A stretch of DNA of 63,864 nt from Rhynchobatus australiae (lineage: Eukaryota): contig JAUZTB010000065.1 of NCBI GenBank assembly GCA_034780895.1, forward strand, positions 27,636,144-27,700,007. The letters are read 5' to 3'. Positions 36,110 through 49,476 of this stretch are shown here, one piece after another. The translations under genes and the position numbers were made by a program. The number at the start of each line of letters is the position of its first letter. The first letter of the stretch is position 1. The notes below the pieces were generated by a model. The model was given only the letters and a program-made list of their open reading frames with translations. It had not been told where the DNA came from and searched no databases.

Positions 36110-36370
36110 TTTTAAAAACAAATATAAGATCCTGAGGGAACATGACTGGGTCCATGCTGAGATGTTTCCATGAGTGGGAAAACCTCAAAAGAGGGGACAC
36201 GGGCAGGAGGGTGATCATTTAAAACTGAGGTGCATAGGAACTTCTAATGGTGAATCTCTGAAAAAGAAGGGGAGGTGAAGGTCAGAGAAGAGCAACCACA
36301 ATTATATTGAATGGTGTGGGAAGCTTGAGGAGCGTAGTGGCCTACTGTTGCTATTTTCATATGTTCTTTG
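36110..36370 (+). mobile_element. CR1 3' end
   Basis: YKILREHDWVHAEMFP-like coding remnant and ggcctactgttgctattttcatatgttc tail. Confidence 0.7.
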
Positions 36371-36578
36371 CCAGGGCACAGTCTTCTAATGTTGCCATGT
36401 ATGCACAACTGGTCTATGGATGCTCATGGTCCTGGTAACAGGAACTTCAGCTGAACATGGGAGATTACCAGAACTGATNNNNNNNNNNNNNNNNNNNNNN
36501 NNNNNNNNNNNNNNNNNNNNNNNNNNNNNNNNNNNNNNNNNNNNNNNNNNNNNNNNNNNNNNNNNNNNNNNNNNNNNN

Positions 36579-36805
36579 CAAAGATGTGCAGTTTGGTAAG
36601 TTAATAGGCCACTATAAATTGCTTCTAGTGTGTAGGTGAGTGGTAGAATCTGAGGAGTTGGGGGATGGGGGAGAGTTGAAGAAAATATGGGGAGAATTTG
36701 AAAAAATCAGATTAATGTCAGATTAGTGTAAATTGGGTGTGATAGTCAATGCAGACTCAATGGGACTGAAGAGCTGCTTTCCTACTGTATCTCTCTATGA
36801 TTCTA
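36579..36805 (+). mobile_element. HE1-type SINE 3' half with CR1-like tail
   Basis: caaagatgtgcag...taaattgc...tagtgtgtaggtgagtggtagaatctg and tail ctgtatctctctatgattcta; head lost in the gap. Confidence 0.75.
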
Positions 36806-38599
36806 AATGCAGGGAAAATTGTACAAAATGAAGTTGGTTGGCCTTGGCCCTCAATATTGACTTTGGTTAATGAAGTCTCATAACTTGAAATCAAATGTTG
36901 TAGACTATGCATTAAGGGTAAAAGTGAATAAAATATTTCAGTTTTAATTACAGAGGATATCGTTGGTGACTGAGCATGGTGGTCAATGCTGTAGGATGGA
37001 TAGAAAGAGTACTGAACAGTCCAGACAACTGAAGCAGTGTTGGGAAATTTAGAGGCAGAAAAAGTTAGGAAGTGGACGGAAGAGGCAGACAAGTCTAAAT
37101 TGTCCATGATAAGAAGGGATAAGACGCCTGGACAAAGAAGGCTTTAAAAAAACTCAATGACCTTTAGGATTGGGAAAAATATTTAAATGATTATTAGGTG
37201 ATGGGGTTAACCCAGAAGTTATCCCATTGTCAAAGCGTTCCTAAACTAGAAAGAATGGCAATCAACCAATTAAGATCAAAATGATCCTCATCAATCGGAC
37301 CAGTTTAACAGCTCTTTATTGCCACCTACTGATTATAACCAGAAAGTGCATGTTTGGGAGTGCAGTGCTAACAGACCATTAGCAAAACCTGTGAAGAGCC
37401 ATTTCTATTGTTTGTTTGAAATTTCCACCCATCTCCCACTGACGCTCCGGAGGGAAGGAATCATGAATGCCACAAAAATTCCATTCTCTGGTAATGACAA
37501 GACAGTCATTCTCAAATAAACATAACTCCCACTATCCAAGTTCAGAAATGAATAGCAGCCACTTGGGGAAGATCTGGGAACCAGATAAAGTTAGAGTCAT
37601 TCCCTGGCATGTTTCAGATGAGGAGAGGAAGGGCATAAGAGTTGGGGGAAATGCACCTCAGNNNNNNNNNNNNNNNNNNNNNNNNNNNNNNNNNNNNNNN
37701 NNNNNNNNNNNNNNNNNNNNNNNNNNNNNNNNNNNNNNNNNNNGCCTTTGCATTCCATGGCAGTAATTGCTTATGTTAAGCTGATGCAGTTACTATGGTG
37801 ACAATTTAGGCTGTTTTGCACTGTTACTATAATCATGAAAATGAAATGTACAAGGGGAGGGTAAAAGCAGTCTCGGGGGAAGTGTTTATAGAATCTACCA
37901 GCAAAAATTCAGAACACATTTTGGAAGAGAACTGCTGCCATTAAGTCCTCTCTTGCTTAGTCCTTCCTCTAGTAAAATGCAATGTCAACATTACAGTATA
38001 TTGTTTAGGCAATTATAAAGCCATTAACTCAATGCACTTCTGGTCTGATCATTTCTATAATCAAATGAATACTTTTCTTCTATACTAATTCATCTCCATT
38101 TGCGGGCTTGATTATAATTGCAATAACTATTGCAATTCTAGATCATCTTGACTGTGATGCATAAATTTCAATTGATCTGTACTCTAGATTAGTGCATTCC
38201 AGTTGGCTAGTTTGTTGTTTAATCCTGAAAGATAATTTGAGAAAAGCCTGAATTCCTTAATGGGCAATAAAAATGTGCAAAATATTAACTGTTTATAATA
38301 ATCAAAAGGATATAACATCAGAGGGAATTTCAATAGTATTAGCAAATGGACACGGGACTCTCCTTTGTAATTAGCCCAAACCCATTTGACCTGCTGGAGG
38401 CCATGTGGGAAATTGTATTCATATATGATTATCATAATTGGAGCAATCAGGCGGTTCTAATTGTGCTATTGTTGGCTGTAGCACTGAAATGGAGTAGCTA
38501 GCACCCGTACTAGGCAATAATTTAACATAAGGATGCAATCTTAAAGCAGAGGTATTTTGAAGTGATTCCGTAGATTAATTTGAGACAGTAAAGGCCAAC

Positions 38600-40680
38600 C
38601 ATGAAAGGAAGTGAGATCCTGTTTCTCAGATGCTGGTGGAGAGTCATTGGGGTAAAGTGTTCAGAGAACATTTTCACTCCTGACCTTACTATGGAAGGAG
38701 GGTCATTAAATAAGCATCTGAAGATGACTGTAACTAGAATACAGCCCAGAAGTTATCCTGCAACAATGTTGTGGGCTGGGATAATTGGCCTCCAAAAGCT
38801 ACAGTTATCCTTCTTGTTGGCCATTCATTTCAGAGTTACCAGGGCTCCTTGAGGCCGCAGTCTATCAAATGATGTCTTGATGCAAATGCTGTTTAAGAGC
38901 ACTGTGGATGACATCTTCCATCATTTGATAACAATGATAGTAGTTTAATTCAATGGTCATTCGCTGGATTGTCCTGATTTGTGCACACAAGACATATATG
39001 CCCATTTTGCACATTGTCAAACAGATGTCAGTATTGAAACTCTATACTACTGAATTACTCACTTATGTTGTTTCTTTTTGATTATTACATTTTGCACATT
39101 TTTGTTGTCTGGCTGGAGAATGTGGCTATTTCTGGAATGCATCTTTAGTACTACAGCCAAGATCTTGCCTGCCCAGAGCCTTTACTGTATCCTGTGCTCG
39201 ATCATTTTTATATCACATGCTGTGAATCATATTGGCTGAAGACTGGGTTTTCTGATGATAATGACCTCAGCACTAAGGCAAACTAAATCACCAGCTCAAC
39301 ACTGCTGCGTAAAGAGGGTTGTGAATGTTTCAGCTTTGACTTTAACATTGACATGCCAACCTCAACCATCATTAAAAGTGGGGACGTTTATGGAGTCCTC
39401 TTTACCCTTAAGTTGTTTAGTGGTCCACAACTACTTACCATTGGATATAGCAGCTTTGAATCAGTCCATTGGTTGTAGGATCATTTAGTCTTTCTACTAC
39501 ATGCTGCTTTTACTATTTAGCATGGATAAGGTCATGTATTGCTTCTTCATCAGCTTGGCACTTCATATTTAGATACCCCTGCTTCTTTTCTCAGCCCTTC
39601 CACATTCCTCAATGAACCACAGTTAGTCCTCTGACTTGACTGAGGGATGTGCCAGGCCATGCCAGTATCAAACATGGTGAAATATAATACTGCTGCTGTT
39701 TATGGCCCATCCTATTGCAGGTGCTCAGCTTTGAGCTGCATGGTTTGTACAAAATCCATGCCATTTGCCACAATAGTGGTGCCATATAATAACACAGGAC
39801 TGGGCTGTGATCAGTCCTTCCAATATTGTCATGGAGAAGTGGATGTTGGTGAGGATCAGGACTTAAAGGTTTATCCACACACAAACTGTTACAGATCAAG
39901 GAACCATGTGCTTCAGAACTCAGCCAGCTCTTTCAGTGGTAGTGCTACTGAGCCACTGGTGGGCATTAAAATCCCCCCACTCAAGGTAGATTCTGTGCCC
40001 TTTCTGCTCTCAGTACTACTTTCAACTCTTGTTCAACATGGACAAAACTGATTCAGCATGGTGATAATAATAGATGATAGTCAGCAGAAAGCTTCTGTGT
40101 TTGATCTGATGACAGAAAACTTCCAGCTGTCTGAAATCAAAGTCAAAGCTTCCCAGCACCACTCCCTTCAGCTTGTATAGCACTGTTCCAAAATCTCCAT
40201 CAGGTCTGTAATGCCACTGCGATGGGATGCAAACAGAGATGGAAGAACCTTTGGCTAAAAGGTATTATTATATGTGTACAATGATGTCAGGCTATTGCTT
40301 AACTAGTACAAGAGAAAGATCTCCCAATTTGGACACCAGTCACCAGATGTTAGTGAGGAGGATTTTGCAAGTGCTCTGGGCTGGGAATGTCTTTCCTCTA
40401 TCTAAATCCAGTGCTTACATTGATGCTGCATGGTCCATTTTGTGTTTCAATGTTGAAACTGTTCAATTCAACAGTTTAATTTCCTACAACTGAATGACTT
40501 GCTAGGTCACCTCAAGGAACAACTAAGGATCAAACACATAACTGCAGGACTGGAGTCACATACAAGCTAGACCTATACAGATGACAGTTGGTTTTCCTGA
40601 ANNNNNNNNNNCAACCAGTTAGGTTTTTACAACAATCTGACTGATTCATGATTATCATCACCAAAGCTAACATTTTATAA
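38600..40680 (-). mobile_element. Degraded CR1-group LINE (5' UTR, endonuclease, RT N-terminus)
   Basis: Minus strand starts with the same head as 32570 and continues into degraded coding sequence (YKPCSSKLS, AWPGT, LDIKTSFDRL-like RT motif near 38860). Confidence 0.65.
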
Positions 40681-40844
40681 AATGGATAGTTTCAGCAATG
40701 GTAGCACAAAGCTACTGGATTATCATGAAAACCCAACTCTTAATCCTCACACATTTAACATTAGCAATCCCAGCTCATATTTTTCAAAGAACACCAGCTA
40801 TTTAATTCACCCAAATACTTTGCAATATACTCCTTAACACACTC

Positions 40845-40861
40845 CTCTCTCTCTCTCTCTC
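40845..40861. repeat. (CT)n microsatellite
   Basis: Short perfect CT run. Confidence 0.8.
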
Positions 40862-41869
40862 ACAGGACAAGGTGGCACACAATCATAAGCAACAACAGCA
40901 GATTGCAAGGTCATTGTGCCTGCATTGGCTCAGTACTGTAAAGTGAGTTTTTTTAATCCCTTGTAATCATTGTAGATGACCAACAGAAACCATTGTCAAT
41001 TAGCCATTTTCTCATATTCTCTCATATTCTCATGCTCATCCCACAATCTGCAAGATACAGATACTCTGAGCATCCACTTCTTAATTTACCCTTCCCTCTG
41101 CATACTTCCCTTTTCTCCTTTCTGATGTCAAGAAATTTCCACCTGATTGAGAGCTGCTAGTAGAAATCCCATATATTGGGAAGGAAGAAGACACCCCATT
41201 ATCATTTGATTTAATTTTTGCATTCACGAGCTCAGATACTGACATTAGGTGTGATCTTTTACATTGATGTGAACAGGCAGAATGTCATCCAAAAGATGGT
41301 GGGGTAGAAGTTTTAAACAACTACCCAGAAATTGGATTGTGTAACACTGTATTTCCTGCTTTCTTGATTAATCATAACCCAGGTATTTTTGATTACTGTA
41401 AAATTACTGATAGCCCTTAACATGGTTAAGGGAAACATGGTAAAGGAAAGAGTTTTATTTACTAATTTGATACTTTCAATGTAAGAACAACTATCAAAGG
41501 GAAGAATGTTACTGCTGAACATTAGAACATTGTTATACAACTCTTTCACTCAATNNNNNNNNNNNNNNNNNNNNNNNNNNGACAAAACGTTCTTTTATCT
41601 GCCTCCATGATCTATCTTAATCATAAACAATTACACAATAGTTTCTACAGCACCGGTGTGAAGTTCTTCATTTTCCACAGTAATGATTCTTATGTCTTTC
41701 TAAATGAGATCATAGAATTGTGCTATGGACTGAAGGAAACTAGCAACTGAATTGAAATGAGGCCAATTCAATTCAAGTAGCATTGTCATAGTCAGTAGAG
41801 AGTGAAAACCTCATTCTGCGTGGGATAGAACTGAAATGTCTCAGAGGCACAAATGATTGTATTACTCAC

Positions 41870-41926
41870 TCTCCATCCAAACCATTGGAGTTCCAGATTT
41901 AATAAGTGAAAATCGGTAAAATGAAC
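41870..41926 (-). CDS. Exon 4 of the unknown minus-strand gene
   Basis: Acceptor aatctttttcag, donor AGA|gtgagt. 57 nt, phase 0-0, VHFTDFHLLNLELQWFGWR. Confidence 0.75.
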
Positions 41927-42349
41927 CTGAAAAAGATTTGTGATCACTGACGTTGTCCCCCAATTCGGTCCTGAAACTGTCATTATTTGGAAGATCACAA
42001 AGAGAAGTTTAGAGAGTGAAAATGGATAATACTAGAAAGATGCACTGGGTTCACCATTATCTATTCTGATAGTTATAATCTAGTCCTAGCCATCTTCAGC
42101 TGCTTATTCTATGACTTTCCTTCCAAAATAAGGTCAGGAGTGAGCATGTTTTCTGAACTCTCTGCCAGCAGTGCCTCTCCACCAGCATTCTGTGCCAATT
42201 CAATCTGTTGCAGGCTGCACATGAAAAGTGTTGGCAATCAGCCAGTACTGACCATGATAGCCAAGATCTCCATGAGTCCTAGACTTACAAGTGTCAAGCA
42301 TCAGTTTAAGCTAGCTAGCACTGATTGAAAGATACCAGTTTGAGACAGG

Positions 42350-42590
42350 AACTGAAAATAAAACAGACTGCAGATTTTGGAATCCAGAACAAAAAACAGA
42401 ACACTGGAAGAACTCAATGGGTCAAGCAGCATCTGTGGAGGCAAAAGGTGCAAGCCGACATTTTGGGTCCTTGCATCAGGACTCATTACCTAGTTCATGA
42501 CACAGAGTCGCTCTGAAAAATCAACTTAGACCTTTTGTCTCCACAGATGCTGCTTGACCTGTTACATTCTTGCGTTCTGTTTTTGTTGAG
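42350..42590. mobile_element. Inverted pair of Penelope-like pLTR fragments
   Basis: Minus copy 42350-42483 with decayed hammerhead (ctgatgcaaggacccaaaatgtc); plus copy 42510-42590. Confidence 0.75.
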
Positions 42591-42649
42591 GTACCTGTTT
42601 GAAGACACACTTTGTAAATTCTGTAATATCCTTTAATCAAGCAAGCAGA

Positions 42650-44436
42650 GCCCAAGGGTTCATGGGCGAGTAAATTTCTGCTCATTTCCCTCAGTTGCAA
42701 GTGTATCCTTCCATTGGTAGGCAGGCCAGACCTTAGCACAATGTTCCACCGTTAGTCTCACCAGGATGATATATAACTGCAGTATGACATCTCCAATCTC
42801 GTGCTCAAATCTTCTTGCAATAGTAGCCACAATAGTGATTGTTTTCCTAATTGTTTGCTGCACTTTCGTATTAACCTTCAGTGATTCTAGGACAAGGACA
42901 CCCAGTTCCCTTTGAACTTCAACACCTGTTAATCTCTCACTATTTAAAAAAAACACTTTTTGTTTCTTTTACAAAGGCACAAACTTACATTTTTCTGCAT
43001 GATGTTCTATCTGCCATGAACTTGCCGATTCACCTAGCCTGTCTATATCTCCTTGAAGCCATTTTGCCTCCCCCTTGCAGCCCACACTGCCACCAGTGAC
43101 CTAGCCATCAGCAGACTTTGTTATATTATGTAATCCTTCCATCCAGTCTGATTCCTGGGATCACAGGACTGATGTATGAAGAGAGATAGGAATGCTATTT
43201 TTGATATTCACTAGAGGTTAGAAAAATGACAGGGAACCTCATTAAACTTTATAAAATCCTAAATGGACTTAGCAGACTAGATGCAGGAAGGATGTTCTTG
43301 ATGGTGGAGAAGCCTAGCACTAGGGGTCATTGTCTAAGATTATGGGCTAAGCCATTCAAGACTGTGGTGAGAAGAAACAAGCCTCCCAACCTGAAAATGA
43401 CCTAATTCCTAAGTTCTGTTTTCTGTCCATTAATGAATCCTCAATCTATGCCAATATATTATCCTCAATACTGTGTGCTCCAATTTTGTTTAGTAACTTC
43501 ATTTGCAGGAACTAATCAAAGGTCTTTTGTAGGTCTAAATACATGACATTAATTATTTTACCATTATCCATTCTACTAGTTATAGTCACAAACAATTCCA
43601 TTGGATTTGCCATTTCCCTTTCATAAATTCATGTAGCTTTTGCACTTTCTTAGTATTATATTGCAATTCACTTACTTAATAATAGATTCCAGCATTTTAC
43701 CTACTATTGATGTTAGACTATCTGGTTTACTGTTCCTTGCTTTCTTTCACCTTCCTTTCTTAAATAATGAGGTTCCATTTGCCACCTTGCAATGTGTGCA
43801 TCTGTCTTCACAGAAGAAGGGAAGAAAACCTCCTGAAAATAGCAAAAGACTACAGGCCCTCAGTAATGAGGAACTGAAAGAAATTAATGTTGGTAAAAAC
43901 CTGGTACTTTCAAAAGACCTTTGATAAATTGCTGCATGTGAGATTATGATTAAGTTCTCTGCCACTTCTTTATTCCCCACAATGATTTCTCCTGTCTCAA
44001 TCTGTAAAGGATCCACATTAACCTTAGCTAATCTTTTCCCTTTCATATATATATAGAAGCTTTTACAATCAGCTTTTTATGTTCTCATTCGTCCTCTCTT
44101 GAATTCTACTTTCCCTTTTGTTATCTGTGCCTTTATCCTCATTTACTGAATGCTGAAATGTTTCCAGTCCTCAGGTTTACTGTCTTGTTTTGGTGTTGTT
44201 ATAAGCCTTTTCCTTTAATCTAATATTAACTTTTCTTAGATTGACCACTTCTTTTGATTTTTGTTTTGCTTTAGAGTACACATTACCTATAAACTATCCA
44301 TTCATTTTTCAAACATTACTGTCAGATGTCTTATTGCAGTTTCCCAATCTACCATGATCAAATTACACCTCAGGCCTTCTAAGTTTGCTTTATTCAGATT
44401 TAATATGCTAGTTTCAGATTAAATTAAATCTCTTTC
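42650..44436 (-). mobile_element. CR1 ORF2 relic with internal plus-strand segments
   Basis: Minus-strand GVEVQRELGVLV...VILQLYIILVR, KVANGTSLFKKG and KVNVDPLQIETGEII. Plus-strand CR1 pieces at 43140-43380 and 43797-43920. Confidence 0.85.
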
Positions 44437-44739
44437 NNNNNNNNNNNNNNNNNNNNNNNNNNNNNNNNNNNNNNNNNNNNNNNNNNNNNNNNNNNNNNNN
44501 NNNNNNNNNNNNNNNNNNNNNNNNNNNNNNNNNNNNTCAAGCTTCATATAAACGAAATCACTTGAATATGCATTAGGTTCTATGTGTGTACTGGTATCAC
44601 CCAGCTCTAACTGAATATCTCCCTTGATTTCTCCACTGTCTCCACAATGTCAGACTGCTTGTCCAGTTTCCAGTCCTGACTAAGCAGAAACTTCCTCCTA
44701 ATAAAAAGCAGGAAAAAGCCACCACCAACACAGATTTTT

Positions 44740-45075
44740 TATTTATTCATTGACAAAGCCAGCAGTTATTGCCCATCCCCAACTCTCTTTGTGAAGATAA
44801 TGGTGACAACTAGCAAGGCCACTTTTTAGAGTCAACCACAGGGGTGGGTCTGAAGTCCATGTACAATAGACTTGATAAGGATAACAGATTTCCTCCTTTT
44901 AAGGGCATTAGTGAGCCAGAGAGGTTTTGACAACAATCTGATAATTTTTGTGGTCATCATTATCAATATTGCAGATCATTAAATAAATTTAAATTCCACA
45001 GCTGCCGTGGTCAGGTGTGCTAGTCCAGAAATCTGGATTGCTGGTCAAGTGACTTGATCACTGCATCACCACTAT
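44740..45075 (-). mobile_element. SINE-like element sharing its body with the 5' end of the 38600-40680 LINE
   Basis: Same body as 32570-32790, but ending in gggatgggcaataactgctggctttgtcaatgaataaat. Confidence 0.65.
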
Positions 45076-45099
45076 ACCCTGTTCCTTGTCAACAACTTT

Positions 45100-45785
45100 G
45101 TCTCCTCGGAAATTGCCTGATTCTGAACCAGACTACTCACAAACCCGGTGTTGTGTTTGAGTCTGCCATTGTGTGGACTCCATTGCCAACAGTTTTTGCT
45201 TCCACCATCACTCTTCCTCATTTCATCTGCTTCTAAATACTCTTGCTACCTCAAGACTCTGCTTCCATGCACTCTTGGCTGGTCTATCATCTTCATCCTA
45301 CATAAAACTGAGATCATCCAAAACTCTGCTGTTTGAATTATAACCCATTCCAAAAGTCCTGGTTACTCAATCCTTCTGTGTTCAACAACCTGAGCCGAGT
45401 CCTACTCCTCAGGTTTATCATTGTCATGGCCTTATACACTGCCACCCAGCACCCCCCCCCGCCCCACTGCCCCATCTCTATAACCTACAACCCTGCAACT
45501 TGCCATGGTCTTTGCACCTCTCTAAATGCAACCTCTTGACTCACAGTATCATTTGTGTCCATGTTTCTAGCTGCCAAGACCATAAGCTTTGTACTTACCT
45601 CCTCAAAATCACTGCCTCTCTAACACTTTCCCCTCCTTTAAGGCTCTGCTCAAAGGCAACAGCTGGAACAAACCTTTTGCCTATCTGTCCTATTATATAT
45701 ATGATAGGTCAAACTTTGCTTGATAAAGTTCCTTTGATGTGCCTTGTGATATTTTACCACATCATAGGTTCCAAGTAAAAGCCAG
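45100..45785 (+). mobile_element. L2-type LINE 3' end
   Basis: HKTEIIQNSA (KLELIQNSAA-like) motif, pyrimidine-rich body, L2-like tail followed by (GGT/GAT)n. Confidence 0.65.
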
Positions 45786-46879
45786 TTTTGATGGTAGTGG
45801 TGGTGATGATGATGGTGCTTGGAAAATGAGCCCTACTCAGTATAGTGTCTACTCAGTCATATGCTGAAATTAAGAGTGCTTCAGTTCACATATGGTTGCC
45901 TACTAATTTGGAAATACTTTTCTATCAAAATATCTACTAAGAATTGGTTGGAAAATCAAGCCTTAGACCCAGCTCAACAACCTATTAATCTATGGGGACA
46001 AACTGCTCCCAATAGCTTCACAAGCAGGATTTTTGTGAACACATTTACAATATTGCCACACAAGGTGGTCAGAGGAAATCTCTGCTCCCCTATGGCCCCA
46101 CCCCTCAGTTCACATAACAAATGAAATTTGTGTGAAAATGTGAAATGGGCCAAAATCCATTACTCTGCAATTAAAGCCCAAACTCCTGGCCAAAGAATAA
46201 TTTACCTTAAACAAACAGCAGTTGTTTTGATCACAGAAAGTAACTTTAATTATGTGTACAATTGTCTAAATGTTACACTGTAAAACTGCCATTTTTCAAA
46301 GGTAGGAAGGGGCAGGTTAACAGAAGTAATTTTCACAGTGAGTGTGTTTTGAGCGTTTGCCAGTGAATATTATGAACATTTCCCCAGAGAATGCTTTTCT
46401 CTCCCATAAGAGTTTCCAAGCATATACATTTCTCATCACAAGACTGAAAGATCTGGCATCCACTTTAACATCTGTAACTGTTTTAGAATTGCATACAAAA
46501 TAGTCAGGCAGGAAATAGTTTTGAAATGATATGGCAGGAGAAGCACATTTCAGCACTAAATTGCATAGTTTGCTAAATTACTTCTTATAGCAGAGGCCTG
46601 GTGGTGTGGATATCCACACAAAGGAATCTGATATTGGCACTTGAGCCAACAGCACAGTAAAAGTTTTAACTTTGCATATGTCACATGCTTTTAAACCACT
46701 GCATATCCCAAACATTGAGCATATGGGATAATGACAGAAAAATAAATTAGCAGTGCTTTGTTACTTGCACATCAACATTTACATAGGACTAATCAACCTT
46801 TTCCTTCATGTACTCAAGCATCCAAAATAAGGGTCCTGAAAGGAATACTTGCCTTTATCTAACACTTTCACAACCTCTC

Positions 46880-47050
46880 TCACAACATTTAGGAAGCATC
46901 TAGACAGCCATTTGAATTGCCAAGGCATTAGAAGCTATGGACTTAATGGGGGCAAATAATAGGATAGATGAGTACAATGGTCAGCATGGATGTGGTGGGC
47001 CAAAGAGCCTGTTTCTGTGCTCTAGACTCTGTGATTCTCTATAACTCTAT
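46880..47050 (+). mobile_element. CR1 3' end
   Basis: FRKHLDSHLN and gggccaaagagcctgtttctgtgctctagactctgtgattct tail. Confidence 0.8.
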
Positions 47051-47069
47051 TACTCTGTTCACTCTGATA

Positions 47070-47370
47070 GCCTTGGGCATTTCCTACAACTCTGAGCTAG
47101 ATTTTACCAAGAATGTTCCTTGGTTTGCTTTCTGTCTATCTATCCTCATTAATCTATCAACCAGATGGCTTCTTCAACAGCTTATTACCATAGCAACCCT
47201 ATATTCCATTTGCATTACCCCACATTCTCTGCAACTTAAAACTAACTTGTTCTCTTGTCTTTCCCAGTTCTGATGAGGGATCTTGGACGAAGTACGAACT
47301 CTGTTTCTCTTTCCACGGATGCTGCCTGACGTGATGAGGGTTTCTAACACTTTCTGTTTTTTTATTTCTG
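47070..47370 (+). mobile_element. Penelope-like UTR/pLTR fragment
   Basis: cagttCTGATGAgggatcttggacGAAg...ttccacggatgctgcctgac. Confidence 0.7.
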
Positions 47371-47379
47371 TTCACTTGC

Positions 47380-47650
47380 TTCTTTATAAGGAATGTATTA
47401 TGTTTACTACTGCAGTCAATATATGGGAAATGTGGAAGGAAATTTGTGCACAGCAAGGTCCCACAAAAAAATGCAACGATGTTCCTGTTCTAGTGTTGTT
47501 AATTGAGTGATAAATTTTGGCAGGAAAGTCGGAATAACTTCCACCCCCCAAAATAAAGTTTTCCTTCAAAATAATTACAAGGACTCATTTTTCTTACAAC
47601 TGAGAGATCAAACAGGGCCTTTGTTTGACATCACACATGAAAAACAACAC
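47380..47650 (-). mobile_element. SacSINE1/DeuSINE fragment
   Basis: aatttgtgcacagcaaggtcccacaaa is the reverse complement of the tttgtgggaccttgctgtgcacaaatt motif also seen near 30045. Confidence 0.65.
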
Positions 47651-47749
47651 AGTGTACAATTCTATCAAAGATAAATATAGTAACAGTTACATTTGAGGGT
47701 AATAAATATCTCAAGATGTAATGGACACTTTGGATGTTCAGCCAGGGAG

Positions 47750-47970
47750 TGAGGTGACTGTAGATGGTGGAATCTGGAGCAACAAACAATCTGCTGGAGG
47801 AACTCAAGTGGGTCGAGCAGCATCCGTGGGAGGAAAAGAATTGTCAATGTTTCAGAGGGAAACTCTATGCCCTGATGCAGAGTTTCAATCCAAAACATCA
47901 ACAGTTCCTTTCCTCCCACAGATGCTGCTTAACCCACTGAGTTCTTCCAGCAGATGGTTTGTTGCTTCAG
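47750..47970. mobile_element. Inverted pair of Penelope-like pLTRs
   Basis: aatctgctggaggaactcaagtgggtcgagcagcatccgtgggaggaaa / tttcctcccacagatgctgcttaacccactgagttcttccagcagat. Confidence 0.8.
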
Positions 47971-47989
47971 GAAGTGAGAGATTTGGACT

Positions 47990-48540
47990 GTGATTGAAAC
48001 TTGGTTAAAAAAGTGGGTTTTGAGCAAGTTTTTAAAGAATGAGGGAGCAGTGGATAGGCAACATTGTTTAGAAAGAGGATTTTATTGTCTAGGATCACTG
48101 GCTGTGACAAAATGAAAAATATGTACAAAGTCCAGAATAGGAACAACTGGTATAGTTGCAGAGTTAAATGAGCAAGGCCATGCGACTTCTGAAAAACAAG
48201 GGTTAGGATTTTAAATTGATATTATTAGAGCTCAAAGGATAAGTCAGGAAGGACAGGGGCAATAGCTGAATGGAATACACAGCAATGTTTCATGTTTGGT
48301 GGAGGTTTGTAAGTTAGTGTGGAGAGTGCTAAAGTTCTCAAGTAAGGAACTGCAGAGCTAAGAACAAGAATTTCAAAAAACGAGTTGAAATAGTGCAGTG
48401 AGAGATATAAAGGATTTTTTTTAGAGAAGATATGAGACCACACAGTATATCTGGCTGTGAACCATCCAGTTCAGCCTGAGACAATGGCCCAAAGGGTGCT
48501 GTCGCAGATGTAGAGCACGTAGATAAGAAGTTCAAGCTGG
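47990..48540 (-). mobile_element. L2-type LINE fragment (old)
   Basis: Purine-rich degraded sequence resembling 20000-20330 and the reverse of 45100-45785. Confidence 0.45.
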
Positions 48541-49355
48541 CTCTCAGCTGTGATTTGATACTCTGCTGAATTCAAAGCTCTAAGCTATTTCATTCAACTG
48601 CTGAAACATGTACACTGCTATGGTGTTTTTCTAATACATCTTCGCATTGTAATGACACCTACTTGCTTCTTGCTATCAAGACACTATAGGTTGATGACAT
48701 CTAGTGGCCTTGGAAGAGCATTCACTGTGAGTTAATAAAAGGCAAAAGAGAAAAAAAAGTCTGCTAACCTGGAAGAAAAACAGAAAGAGCTGGAAGGGTC
48801 AGAATTTGCTGTGACCAGGCATTTCCTGTTAGTTGACCTTGATCCCTCACCTCACTCCTGGCTTTAGTCATATCACTCCAGAAATTCAACTAAGTACTTT
48901 TGCTGGACAAGTTAGTGTATGTGACTCAGAGCGCTCATTTTTGGGCATTCTTGGGACAACCATATCCCATTACTTTTCTCCACTTCTTTAGGACCATTCT
49001 CACTAGCTTCATACTAATGCTCTCAATTCCCATAGTCCCCAACCACCCCAATCCCTGACATTCCCAATCAGCCCAGACCCCCAACCCTCTCCTCAACACG
49101 CTGACCTCCCACTATCAGGACTTTATGCGCCCCAATATCCCTGACCCCTTGGTTCAACTGGTCCCAAATCCCTACTCCCTACCACTCTGATCAGCCCAGA
49201 CCTCGGCTCTCAACTCCCCAATCACTCTGACACTGCAAACTCCCTGACCTCATATTCACTCCAAATGCCAATGTCCTAAACTCTCCAAATGATGCCCTGA
49301 TTTTTCCGCTCTATGATGCTGAAATCTCCAATTAGCTACCAGTATCGGCTCTCAC

Positions 49356-49476
49356 CCCCAAATCTCCAGGCTGAGGCACTATGTTTTCTTTCACGTCTTC
49401 CATGGCACGCAAAGCGAAGTACAACCGCAAATGAGCCACATCCAAGGCCCACGTTAAGTTTCCAGCTTCAGAAACA
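49356..49476 (-). CDS. Exon 3 of the unknown minus-strand gene
   Basis: Acceptor attattttgtag, donor GGG|gtgaga. 121 nt, phase 2-0, VSEAGNLTWALDVAHLRLYFALRAMEDVKENIVPQPGDLG; locally CpG-enriched. Confidence 0.78.
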
